Assembly (NCBI GenBank): GCA_051362555.1
Contig: CM120649.1
Coordinates: 13,578,001-13,642,000 of the forward strand
Reading direction: 5' to 3'
From: Lingula anatina
Lineage: Eukaryota > Animalia > Brachiopoda
DNA: 64,000 nt
A program made the position numbers and the translations under genes. This document shows positions 24,617-37,504 of this stretch, piece after piece (the first letter of the stretch is position 1; every line of letters starts with the position of its first letter). The notes under the pieces are model-generated. The model did not search any database. It saw only the letters and a list, made by a program, of their open reading frames with translations, and was not told the DNA's origin.

Positions 24617-26232
24617 ATGGTGAGACAAGGCTACCAAAACTGACTGATAATTTTGACCAACGAAATTCTAATGTAGAGATACAGTGGAATTCAGGACGTA
24701 TATTTTATGTTATATTTTGGTTTATTGGTATATTAAGGACGTTTACTGCAGCTGCTTTTGTGCGCTCCTACGTATAATCTTTATACATGTAGAAATATGC
24801 GCGATGAACAGCGCACGGTGTGGGGTGGTTGAGCCTATTACATTCTGTTTTATTTTATTTTTATCGAAGGTGAAGAAAATGACTGTCGTGTTTGTAATCT
24901 ATGTTGCTTCAGTCTTCTTGGTTACTTTGTTAATAGAAGATACCAAAGCAGTGTGTTGCTACTCGGTTTTTGGTTATTGTCAGGACTGCAGCCAGGTAAG
25001 ATTTATTTGTATCCTGTCCGTAACCTTAAGCATTTTTTTGTATTTTTTATTTAAGGATATCAAATTTTGCGATGAATATGAATTAAAGAAATAAACGAAA
25101 AAAGAGGGCGAAATAAATACCAAAAAATTCAATTTACTTCAGTCTTGGCCTTACTGTGGCAAAGGGGGTTGCAATATCTTTGGCTGTGCATGTAATGGCG
25201 GGTGCAAGGACAGCTGTAACCCGACTATTTCGTAAGTTCATCAGCCCCTTTCACAAAACTAGTGATTATTGTAACACTGAGCTAAATGTGACTTGATACG
25301 AACAAAGAATATGTTATGAAAGCTTTAACTGATTTTTTTCATAACAACACACTTCATTATTATTCTTTGATATTGTTTGGTTGTAAAGTTTCTTTCTGAT
25401 TTAGGTTTACTGTGTATGTGTCAATCTATTTCCACCACATTTAAGATGTACATTATATGCTGAGATAAGTTTATTTGCAGATATGTTAATGGCACCCTGA
25501 GCTTCAGAGCTAACTTGACACTAACCTCTTCACTGTAGCCTATCTTCATCGTGTCAAGTAACCTCTGACCAGATTCGATTGCCTCCGCCGCCCGCCAATC
25601 AAATTTAAAAGCCCGCACTCAATGACTCATTAAACGATCTAGCCAATGAACGCGAACGAGTCAAAGCGCGCTTTGTTCAAATCCGGACCAATCAAAGATA
25701 AGGCTGGATATCAGGGACTTGCCGTAACCTGTGGGCAGCACGCAAATAACATCGTCTCTCAGTAGATAATGATGCAGGGCCTCAAACTGCTAGACCCTAT
25801 GGTTTCAATTCCGATTTACTCATATTTTGCAAAGAATCAAGAGATAACTTAACACATTCTTTTTCGTAGTCACTCGCCTTGCTTTCTTTGTGTACGGTAA
25901 TACACTCGGAACTACTCGGATGTCTCCGCACTCGACAATAACTTTGTTGTTAGTATGGAGCTTGCGGAATCAGCCGAGGATTGCCGATTGACGGTCAACC
26001 AATCAGCGTTTTCACCAAACTTTGGTGAAAAATTTTGAAACATGGATTTGATTGGCTTATATAAACTAGGTCAAACTATTTTCGTCAGAGGTTACTTGAC
26101 ACGATGTAGATAGGCTACAGTGTAAAGGTTAGTGTCAAGTCAGCTCTGAAGCTCAGGGTGGTTAATGGTGGCTGCACCTGTAATAATAGAAGAAGGGATC
26201 TCAATGAGCCTGATACCCAAACTGCCGCTTAA
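24617..26232 (+). CDS. Diedel-like 12-Cys peptide precursor, copy 4, last coding exon interrupted by a transposon (possible pseudogene)
   Basis: ATG 24617-24619, then exons 24870-24995, 25143-25231, and 25481-25492 + [insertion] + 26169-26232. Pre-insertion product: MVKKMTVVFVIYVASVFLVTLLIEDTKA/VCCYSVFGYCQDCSQSWPYCGKGGCNIFGCACNGGCKDSCNPTISYVNGGCTCNN-RRR-DLNEPDTQTAA*. Confidence 0.75.
25493..26160. mobile_element. 668-bp non-autonomous DNA transposon with 8-bp TSD (hAT- or P-like)
   Basis: Imperfect TIRs of about 77 bp start CACCCTGAGCTTCAGAG. TSD GTTAATGG at 25485-25492 and 26161-26168. The empty site is seen in copy 9 (54414 onward). Confidence 0.95.
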
Positions 26233-27474
26233 GACATTAGACCCATAGCTACAGACAGGTGAGGTATTTACTACATGAACGATGCAGACAGTCATTTTCT
26301 TCCTACGTCCAATTTTGCATGGGTATGTCATAGAAACGTTGGCATTGTATAACATTGTCTCGATATGCCCACTTTTTACTGATATATGTAGTTTAACGTC
26401 CCCTATATAAAGCAACTGATTTTTTAAAAATTACTTACTGTATGGAAACTCTAAACCCTTCCATTACTTGTGATTTGAAATGGTTAAAATCACAAGTACG
26501 GAAGGTATTTTAAAGTCATGGTTTTCATACCCATATCTATACCAATGCCAGATCTATCGGCTAATGAGTTAAAGAGCGTAGTGTTACATATAATCAAATA
26601 TGGTTCGTCTTTACTATTATGTAACACTGAAAGGTGGAACAATTGCCTGCCGGGCACCACATTTATTTCTTTCCTTACAGTGATGGGTTTCAAGATGTGT
26701 CCTCAAAAACCACTGAGGAATATGCCACTGATGTCACTGATGAGATTTTAGACGTCAAGATCGATGTCGTTGAGTTCTATCCTGATATGAAATAGAAAAC
26801 ATATATTTGGAGAGTATACAGCGTTGATTTATTTCCTTCCGTTCTGTTTTGTTATTTCTTATTCTATGCACTTTGAATTATTCTGAGATGAAAATCGTTC
26901 GACATAAAAGGTAAACCAAAGATATCAGTGTGTAAAGTCACTAAAACCAAACTTCACACTTCAGCACGTTTATTAAGAATTTAATGCTAAACATTGAACG
27001 TACACTATTGTTGCGAGGAATCTTAAGTTCCGTTGCTAAAAACGATAACCCTTGTAACAACAGTTTTTAATATCACTTGAAAAAAAATGAAGCGGTTGGT
27101 TTGTGAATTTTCCATATCTTTTTTGAAGACTTAACTGAGACTGGACATGCACACGCTCTGAAAGGAACGAAGTGCACAGTACATTTCAAATGCAGTTTTT
27201 TTCTGTCATGCAGAAACATCACCTTTTTGTTGATTCACTTATCTCACTATTATTCCTTGCATAAACAACGCACCGCCCTGCGGATTGCTGCATGATGTAA
27301 TATCTGCAACACACTTAGACTACCTAAAATGATGTAACGGGGTTGATTTATATGGGCGGGAAATTATTAAATTGTTTTAACAAATATCCGTTGGTAAATA
27401 TAATGTGAAGGATGGGACAGTGGGCGTGTAGTGTCGTTTTAAGTTTCATATGAGCTCAACTTAACATTTGTGTC

Positions 27475-28573
27475 ATGGCCAGAAATTCGCAGCATTCACG
27501 CGATACGCGAGGGCGCAACAGAAGGGTTTCACGTGACTCAACTAGCCAATCACAGCACAACAATGGCATCGCACACAGACTCTGTGATTAGTGCTCAGCC
27601 CATTGTCAAGTAGTGTTAGTTCATGGTAACAAGCGTCTGACATGTGCAGAGAAGTTTATCATAATATATATTGTTCTTATTGTTACATTATTATGATGTG
27701 CAGAGGTCATATATTCCAGAATAAGCCATTACCACTGATTTATAACTTTTATTTTTGTTTAATATGTTATTCATGAAAGAGTTCATGAAAGATTATTTTT
27801 AATTTGTTAAATCGTGATCTTATTCTTTTTATATTCAAATAATTGAATAATGTGGGTAAAATTGGTCTTCCACTTCTTATTTGCATTTTTCCTTTTCCAC
27901 AATATTATTTTGGAACAGTTGCAGCATTAAAAATTAAAATAAATAGCAATCTGAAAGAAGAATTTTGCATAATTATTAAATGATGATAGGAATTTTGGAT
28001 TAAGAGATTAGTTAAATACTGAGTAGTGATATTGTCAGTCAATTTATGTAGAATCTGATAATACGATTGAAAATACTGATTGAACTCTTGGCCTTGCACT
28101 GGGCAGTTTTACATTTGTGCTAAGTGCTTTTTTTGGACTCCATTGTACAGTGGTAAAAGTTCTTCAATTACCATGAAAGTTTTTGTTCAGACTCTCTATG
28201 GTGCTGCTATCTGCTGGTGCTATCGGCAACGAATTAATTTGCCTTTGTTTCTGAGTGAAACTACCGTCTAAAGTGACTATTACTGAAAATATTTGCGTTT
28301 TGCTGAGGGTAGGCAAGGCAATACACGGCAAACTTCTAAGTTCGTGTGTACAAGAGAATTTTTTTAAAAACCTAGCGATATTTGGTCAGGAGTGGCTTGA
28401 AGCATAGCACAGCGTTGCTGTCTATCGGCATCAGGCCGTTAGTTTGTCAATTATCACGAATTACCCACGAATCGCGAACCCATTCATTTTCCTATGGCAA
28501 TCTACCAACTCATTAAAAATGCACGCATGCGCAGTGGGCTAGGCGTGACGTCATGCAGTGCATTTCTGGGGAT
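27475..28573. mobile_element. About 1.1-kb non-autonomous insertion with short TIRs, superfamily unassigned
   Basis: ATGGCCAGAAAT ... ATTTCTGGGGAT flanked by GTC. The empty site aacatttgtgtctc is at about 33090 and 55617. Confidence 0.7.
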
Positions 28574-29319
28574 GTCTCGTGTCCATCAGCTGCAACAAAG
28601 AGCTGTCACACATAAATGGAAATATTGTGGCCATACGATATTTGAAATAAACTTTTCAAGCGTACACGTGCCTTTACATTACATGCAACTTAACCCCCAC
28701 AGTCACACACGCAACCGGACAAATGAATAGATGAATTATTATAGATCTATTTTACCTATCATCATATTTATTTTGATGGTAGGAACACGTGTTATATAAA
28801 TAGTAGTGTTAGTTCACAAAGATATCTAGTTGTTCTTCAAAGACCATCATCATCATCATTAAGCACTACGTGCGATACACAATTATTTGAAAGCGACAAA
28901 GTGTGAAATGAATGGTAATTTACTTCCAAAAAATTCCTAGTTGTATTTTGAGTACCATCATCATCATTAATCACTACACATGATACAAATTTCTTAAAAA
29001 ACGATAAAATGTGTGTTGGCAACCTAAATGGATGGCGTATTTTTATTCATCAATGCAAAGTAGAGGAAAAATTGTTTGAAAACTGTTGTTCTTCTGAGCA
29101 ATGGTACAAACAGAGGCAGGTTAAAATTGAAGGTTTTAACTAAGTTGTTGTCAATAGACAGCGCCGATGGATTTCTACCAGAATATTTGAACAGCGTGAT
29201 CATATGGGGAGTTCTAGCTTCTGTGTCTCTGCAACGGCATCATATGTTCGACGATGTTTAAACTAAGGATCTTCACTATTAGACAGGCATGATGGGATGG
29301 GATTGAGAAGGGCCTATGG

Positions 29320-29496
29320 TATAAAGGGCTATCAAAAAAGATAAATATTCAAATGAGTACGATTGTCATTGGTTACTTTGTCGCGTGCCACGTACATCAC
29401 GAAGGACGGCGTGATGCGCATTGGCAGTGTGTTAGATGAAGCAGACTTCCTCTGAAAAGTCTCATTATACGATCTAACTCCAGTTTGTAAAACAAG
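29320..29496 (+). promoter_or_regulatory. Candidate alternative promoter and non-coding first exon for copy 5 (homologue about 56240-56408 for copy 10)
   Basis: TATAAA at 29320. A strong donor aag|gtaagt at 29497 is conserved as gag|gtaagt at 56409. These copies lack the ATG|gtgaga exon. Confidence 0.4.
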
Positions 29497-29527
29497 GTAA
29501 GTGTTATATTGACGGAGAAACGTTTTT

Positions 29528-29813
29528 TTTTTTTTTTTTTTTAAACAGATTTATTTCTACAATCAAGATATACAAAAAAAAAAAAAAATACATTCAGAGC
29601 AGGCGGCACGTCGCCACAGCATTATGGGCTCGCTTGCGTTAATGTGATTCTAGTAACAAAATGACTTAAATATGATTATATATAGGTAATGATTATAGTT
29701 ATGATAACACTAAATAGTACTTATTGTTGTAAAGGAGAGCAACAGGGAAGGGCACTACAGGGAAAGGCACGGGCGATATATGCGGGAAGTGATATATTAG
29801 TTGATCAAGAGAA
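29528..29813 (-). mobile_element. Retroposed non-LTR 3' fragment (LINE/SINE tail)
   Basis: Poly-T and tttatt (minus-strand AATAAA and poly-A) at the left end. 14-bp TSD GGAGAAACGTTTTT at 29514 and 29814. Absent at the paralogous site near 56424. Confidence 0.8.
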
Positions 29814-31082
29814 GGAGAAACGTTTTTATCAGTGGGATTCTCAGTTTTCATGAATGATGAAGTTGATGCTCTAAAGCGTTAAACACCTGGATAAGTTTAT
29901 AGTTTATTTTCTATATAATCAGCCATGAATGATTGACTCTGATAAAATGAAATGAGACAGTATGCACTGTCCAAACATGTTTCATATTTTCAAAATACAT
30001 GCATCAAGACAATGTTAATTTTTATTATTTGGTCTTAAACCTTAGCTACCTTCCTAAATTATGTGTCTTAATTTTAAATGTACTTCCTCTAAGGATATTA
30101 TATTTGGTTGCGGTTGCAAGTGTCTGTTTGTCCTGTAAGCGCCTTTAAAAATAAAGTGGCAAAAGCAAAGAAGCATTATAGATTTTGAGTTCCATTTAAC
30201 AGTTATTAGTCTGTTATTGGCAACATTATGAAAAAACATTGTTAGCTGATTTTGAATTAAATTTCAGCAATTGATGGGAGTAGACTATGTAACAGTGCTA
30301 GGATTTGGTGGTGCTCAATGAATTAGTTAATAAGTTATTTAATAAAGTCATTTTGTTTTTAGCAACAATATGCAAAACTGTTTAGGGGCTTTGAATTTTA
30401 TAAAGATATGTCCGGTTTGTTAGCTTATAAATGGGCTGGAATATGGTAGCAGAAATTTAATAAATGAGTACATTAATTAACAAATCAAACAATAAATAAA
30501 TTTAAATAATTGACAATTAATGCCAGTATATAATTGAGGAATGTTCAATAGTCACCTGATATAAGTTAGTTGATTAGTTATTTCAATTACAAAATACTAT
30601 ATCAACCTTTTTCACCACATTTCATGGCAACCAGTAAAAAGTGAGTCATACTTTCAGCTTTTTATTATAATTATAATTTTTATTGTTTTTTTTATGAATT
30701 TGAAGCTTTGTGTTTTTTATTGCTTGTGTTTGAAATATAACGTTTTGTTGCATGAATTAACTAAGATATTTTTCGAAGCAAGGTACTATTCATTGCTTCG
30801 TCAATTTTTATTTTCATTTATTTCAACGAAATATGCTGGTATCAATTGGAATATCAAAATATACTGGTGGTTATGTACAGATCTACAAAATTAAGCATGT
30901 CAATGTTCTTAGAATGTTTGTCCATCCGTTTTGTGACGAAAACGTGGCCAACGAACAATCCAGAGCCTTTTATATATTTGGGGCAGAACACATGGTAGCA
31001 TTAAATAACGTTTTGTGAGTTATATCGTGAATGTTGTGAGAACATGTTGTGTTATATCTTCTTTTTTTTTGCGCAGAAAAAG

Positions 31083-31849
31083 ATGGCCGCGGTATTTGCA
31101 AACTTTGTTGCCTCCGTCTGCTTGGTAAACCTGCTGATAGCAGACACCCAAGCAGTGTGTTGCCGCAGATATTGGGCGAGCTTTTGTCTGGACTGCAGTA
31201 CGGTAAAGTTTCATTTTGGATATTGTTACGTCAGATCAGTTGTACTGCTTGACTCTTTTACATGCACTTTTTGACTCAATGATAAGAAAGTGTCATCAGT
31301 CATGGAATGTAAAAATTCATTTGACTAAATGAAGAAAATAAATTTTGTGTAAATAACATATTTTGATGACAATGGAGGTGGTGACATGACGAACAAGGTT
31401 AAGTTTCCATTTACTCCAGACTTGGTTTTATTGTGGCAAAGGGAGTTGCAATATTTTTGGCTGTGCATGTGAGGGCGGGTGCAAGGAGAGCTGTAATCCG
31501 ACTATTTCGTAAGTTCCAACGGCCCCTTTCACAAAGGTTATGATTATAACACTAAGCAATATGAAATTCGGAATTAGAAAAAGTTCTCAAAATTTAAAAT
31601 GAAATCTTTCATAATACTTTATGATATTTCTGTAATCGTGCATGATTCTTCAGCGCCATTCCAATTTAACCTGTAAGTTTACTGTGTATGTGTAAATCTA
31701 CGCCACCTTTGCGAAATGTTTTTAAAATATTCTTAGATACAATGAATTTCAGGGCAGTTCATCGAACCTGCACCTGTAATGATAGAAGAAGAGATATTCA
31801 AGGCCCTGCTTCCGGTGCTGCCGGACATAAAATGCACAGACACAGATAG
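31083..31849 (+). CDS. Diedel-like secreted 12-Cys peptide precursor, copy 5 (101 aa)
   Basis: Exons 31083-31202, 31420-31508, 31753-31849. MAAVFANFVASVCLVNLLIADTQA/VCCRRYWASFCLDCSTTWFYCGKGSCNIFGCACEGGCKESCNPTISAVHRTCTCND-RRR-DIQGPASGAAGHKMHRHR*. Confidence 0.88.
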
Positions 31850-33748
31850 GTTTGGTGATTACCATGATGCCAATATTAAGAATCATTATCTACCTAGGTC
31901 CAATTTTGCATGGGTTTTTCATAAAAATGCTAGCAGTGTAGAACCTGGTTTTGATTTGCCCAATTTAAAAGTGATATGTAGTAACACATCCCCAACATAA
32001 AGCAACTGGATTGTTTAAAATTTAATTTGTCTATGCAAACCCTCAGCCCAAGTGCAATTTTGTATTTGAAATATGTTTAATTTTTTCTATAATCATGGTC
32101 TAAATAGCGAAACCCACACCGATGCCATAGCCATCGTTTAATGAATTAGTGGACTTAATTCTAACGTTAATGAATTAGTGGACGTAATAAGTGGACGTTA
32201 TAATTACACACGCAATAAAAACGTAATGAATATAATCATGTTATTGTGTATGCAATATTGCTATTGTTCAACATTGAAAGGTAGAGCAACTCATTTATTG
32301 TATTAATTTCAGTGATGGGCTTCAAAATTTGTTCCCAAAAGCCACGTAGGAACCTTCAATTGATGTCATTGATGGGAATTTAGATGACAAGATCAATGCC
32401 TTTGAGTTATATCCTGATATGAAATAGAAAACATATAATTGGAGAGTATACAGCGTTGAATTATTTCCTTCTGTTTTGTTTTGTTATTTCTTATTCTATC
32501 TACTTTAAATTATTCTGGGATGAATATCGTTCGACAAAAAAGGCCATAGATATCAGTGTGTAAAGTCACTAAAACCAAACTTCACACTTCAGCACGTTTA
32601 TTAAGAAATTAATGGTAAACATTGAACGCGCGCTGTTGTTGCGAGGAATGTTAAGTACCGTTGCTAAAAACGATGGATCTTGTTACAACAGTTTTTTAAT
32701 ACCACTTGAAAGAAAACGAAATGAAGCAGTTGGTTTGTGAATTTTCCATATCTTTTTTTGTCGATTAAACTAAGAGACTGCACACGCTCTGAAATGAACG
32801 AAGTGCACAGTACATTTCAAATGCAGTTTTTCCTGTCATGCAGAAACATCACCTTTTTGTTGATTCACTTATCTCACTATTATTCCTTGCATAAACAACC
32901 GCCCTGCGGATTGCTGCATGATGTAATATCTGCAACACGCTTAGACTACCTAGAATGATGTAACGGGGTTGATTTATATGGGCGGGAAATTCTTGAATTG
33001 TTTTAACAAATATCCATTGGTGAATACAATGTGAAGGATGGGATCGTGCGCGTGTAGTGTCGTTTTAAGTTTCATATGAGCTCAACTTAACATTTGTGTC
33101 TCATGTCCGTCAGCTGCAACAAAGAGCTGTCACACATAAATGGATATATTGTGGCCATATGATATTTGACATGAACTTTTCAAGCGTACACGTGCCTTTA
33201 CATTACATGCATCTTAACCCCCACAGTCACACACACAACACACACAGTCACAATATATATATATATATATATAACTTGTTTGCAATATTAAACAACATTT
33301 ACCTACATAATTATCACTGCTTCCGTATTATGGACACTGTAATCTAGCAGAGAGTTTAACCTTTGGGAGTTTACAGGGAAATATCTACAAGTGTGGTTTA
33401 CGTAATCTCATTTAATGGCCACTTAATTAGGCAAGTGAACTAATAGTTCTGTACTTAGCCTAGTGATTACCCAAGGGGATTTTACAGAATGACCACACAA
33501 ATCCCAGCGGGCAAATTATGTAAACCTGTTAAATCCCAAACGTTGATAAAACGTTGGATAAACGTTGGATTTGAAAGTTGGATCAACGTCAGATAACTAC
33601 ATTGTATCAAACCCAGTTGGTAGACAGCATTCATGCATGAAAAGACATTAAAATGGCCTGAAATGTTTTTATTTTTGGTACGATAAAGTCACGGTCACCT
33701 CAACATGTCTATCTATAACAAGGTACCGCGAACCGTCAACATTGTTAA

Positions 33749-36700
33749 AGGGATAATAACTCGTTTTGGCCAAAAATGAATTTTCCTGGAGTAAACAACA
33801 ATTTTCCCATACTTGCCAATGGTTAATGAATCCATTTTTACATTCAAAGTTAGTCCCTGGTTTTTTTTTCTGAAAAGGTCGGTTTTTTGTTAAAATCTCT
33901 TAAGAGATTATAACTGAGTACAGCCATCAATGGAGGTCATGTGAGCTAACTGTAGCTACAGCTAGGTCAATAAGACCGTTCACAGTAGGTCACGGTCAGT
34001 GCGACCGTGACTCCTGATAACCCCCGCGTGGATAATAACAGGGCAAATAGCGACAGTTTAAGCTGTCAAGTTATCAATCGTAACCATCTCGGACTCCCCG
34101 CTGTCTACATCGTGTCCCGTCAAGCAGCCTGTGCAATCATACGCCCCGCTAGTTCCAAGCATTGTTCTGGTGTAGAAGGGCACGTGCCTTTTGTTAAGAC
34201 ATGGAAGACTAAATGTTGGGTTTAACCATGGTTCAAGCACTGACGATATTTCTGTTTATTCACCGCATTCCGAACTTCGTAGACATTTTCAAAAATAGAA
34301 TTTTGTAATTGAATGAAATATAATTAATTTACCGATGTTGCCCTTTCATCTTATTTTGGCTTACTTAGGTGAAACGATAAGAGTCACGATAACATGCTCA
34401 AGCCAATTGAAAAAGTGAAGTATGAATATGGCAGAATTATGCGGTGATTGTCTTTTTCAATGAAGTGGAATGTGACCTACATGTATATATAATGAAACAA
34501 ATTATTGCAGTCAATGAATAGTCGGTTTATTCACAATTAACACGGAACGTCCATACAGTAAACTACAACAATTTTATAAAAAATAAATTTTTAAAAATGG
34601 CAAATTAATAAAATGGCTATTACGAACAGTCATTTAATTGAAAAAGTGCATTCTCCTGATAATCGTTAATCTAATATCCGGATGCACGGCCTTCCCTTTT
34701 CAACACCTCCGGGATAACTTTGTTTATATGGTTTATGTACTTTATACATTCCTCAGTTGTGACCGTCTTCCAGAATTCCTGCATCCCACTTATAAGTTCA
34801 TCTTTTGTTTTTTGGCTAAGTGTATTTTCTTAAGCGGTGTTTCATCGTAGACCAGATGTTTTCTATGGGATTTAAGTCTGGACTCTCGGGGGGAGTTTGA
34901 AACCAGTGTATTGCATTTTCCTTAAGAAATCCTTTAGTTTTCCTGCTTGTGTGCTGGGGGGCATTGAGCCCTGGCTCTCTCGAAAAAGTATACCCCCCCC
35001 CCCCGCCCCTTATTTATTTAACCATTTCACCTCTTCAGCCCTGATTGTTACATTTAACATAATAGGAAAGATGTGAATTAAATTTCTTGTTGCTGAACCC
35101 AGTGACATTAATATAAGGTTGTTTTAATAGTACATAAAATCGCACCAAGACCTCATTGGAGTACATATATATATAATTACACCCTTTACAGCAACCGGAC
35201 CCCTTAATTGATGTACACTGTACAATGCACGTATATACACTGCAATTGCCGCTTTCACCTTCTTTATTGTTCTGTATGAAAAGAAAGGAAGTTGTTTGAG
35301 TTTAGTTCAATAAAGGCAGTCCCTTAGTCCGAGGTGCACAGCTTTTAGCTTCTGTTGCAGATGATTTAACTTAAAATAAATTAATTGATATGCTGTTTTT
35401 CTTTATGTACTTTTAATTAGGCCACATTTGGAATCAATATGAAATTATACTTGAAACATCTAAGTGAAATCTATCTTGACGTCCTGACAGATGTGTTTAG
35501 ATAAACGTTTATGTACGAACGTTGCTTAGTACTGTATAGCAAATGCACATCTCCCGTCTGGACACAATGAAGAGATAACTTTGAGGGAAATTGTCAAGAC
35601 TCTTTCTTCTATCATACCGGTATATTAATTATCGACGGAGACGCACTACCAGAAATTACCTCGTTTCGATGTTTAACGCACTAATGTAGATCAAATTAAC
35701 CTTTTCAGGTCTATGCCTGACATCACTTAACAAAACTCCAGCATAACATTGATTGCCAAGTGTGGTTGTTTAATGTCGGCATCACCATTTCAACCTTTGT
35801 AAAGTGTGACTTACTGCATTTCTTCAGAAATGCGGGCTATAAGCAAGCAAAATGATATACAGTATTTGCCCTTATAAATGCATTTGTATTTAAATATTTA
35901 GAATAGTGATAAAGTTGTTTTAAGACTGCCTGTTTTTCAAAATGTCCTCCACATTCCTCATATAACGATGATAGTTGTCGAGAGAATTGTGCGCGATATG
36001 TTTCGAGAGGAGAATAAATACGTACGTAATTACATGTATACACAAGTACAGTTAATGTACGCTGCAGGAACAGGAACATATTTCGGCGTCATTCTTCAAA
36101 TATCAACTGAAAAAGTGAGTCCCTTTTTTGATGCTTTTTAAGTTTCAATACAAGTAAATGACTGTCCCACAGACCAGTTGTACAAATGTTTTTCGATTTT
36201 TTCTTAATATGAATGTTTACATGTGTGGTGTATCAAACTCCATCGCATTGAAGGATGAGACCAGCTTGTGACCACCATTGCAGATAAAATCGCAACTACA
36301 TTGTAGGGCTTCTTATCTGATGCATGTTTGCACGTTGCAATTGCTCCTTTCGCCCCCGTTATTGTTCCTTCGGAAAAGAAAGGAAGTTGTCTTTGTCTTC
36401 AATATGTTTAAGCTTAGGCAGTCCCTTAGTCCCAGGTGCACAGCTTTTAGCCTCTGTTGCAGATGATTTTATTTAAACTAAATTAATTGATATACTGATT
36501 TTTTCTTAATGCAATTATAAGTAAGCAACATTTAATTTAGAATATATATGTAACAATTATTACACTTGATACATCGTAGTGAAATCTATCTTGACAAATG
36601 TGTGTATATTTGTTTGTGGACCTTTGACAGTGCTGGAGAGGGTACACATTTGCACCCATCTTAGTGCCATGAAGAGTTTACTTCCTAATCTCTGTAGTGG

Positions 36701-37458
36701 CGATGCTCTTCATAGTAAATTTTTTAATATCATTCAACTAGAAAAAAAGACATTTTCATAAATTAACCAAGGCTTATAAACACGTCCTGAAATAATGATA
36801 ATGTACAACGTATTTATTTATTTTTGTTATTTTTATTGACTTGTAGACTGAGTGTAATGTTGCCAAATACTATTATTTGCAGACAGATATGGAGTGGTAG
36901 AGTGCGATGATGGTGGGGTCGTTAGTGTCGACACGTCAAAGTTAACGACGGTAGACGGGGGGAAAGTAATGGTTGGGGCCCAAATTGTATTTTCTGCTAA
37001 ACCCGCTTTATATATTCCCGTTTAACTGACGAAGTACAGTAAGTAGATGCTTTGATTTTTGAAGTAATAAGAAGCAGTGCAATATTTACCGGACAGCAAT
37101 TAGCGGCTATTAATGCCATCACGCCTAAATGCACACGCTTCCTGAATAAGACGGTCGCCCCCTGCCAGGTTGAGAGATCGGGACACACTCTCCTGCCACG
37201 CGACTGGCTAAATATCCATTGTTAAACGATCCTCCTACTTCCATTGTTCAAAAAGTGGGCGGTAGGCTTGGTCACGGTGAAGAGTAACCGTGTCCGTAGA
37301 CACGATCACGGTAGTGAGAACAGATTAAAAAGCCTAGCTGTATAACAATAGCTATAACTGCCGTTTTTGTGGTAAAACAGAATATATTATATTTCTATGA
37401 GTTGTTCACAATGTTTTTATTGTGAAATGTAGATATCATACGGATAGTTATTATCCCT
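33749..37458. mobile_element. Kolobok-like DNA transposon, 3.7 kb, decayed
   Basis: TTAA|AGGGATAATAAC ... GTTATTATCCCT|TTAA. Both ends match the 320-bp element at 50447-50766. No intact transposase was seen. Confidence 0.8.
34671..34965 (-). pseudogene. Tc1/mariner transposase C-terminal fragment
   Basis: Minus-strand translation NAPQHTSRKTKGFLKENAIHWFQTPPESPDLNPIENIWSTMKHRLRKYT*PKNK [frameshift] DELISGMQEFWKTVTTEECIKYINHINKVIPEVLKREGRASGY*. SPDLNPIENxW is the Tc1 DD34E motif. A possible TA|CAGT terminus lies near 34555. Confidence 0.9.
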
Positions 37459-37504
37459 TTAACTTCACTCCATCACATTTACAGCGACTTATTCATCCTA
37501 GTGT

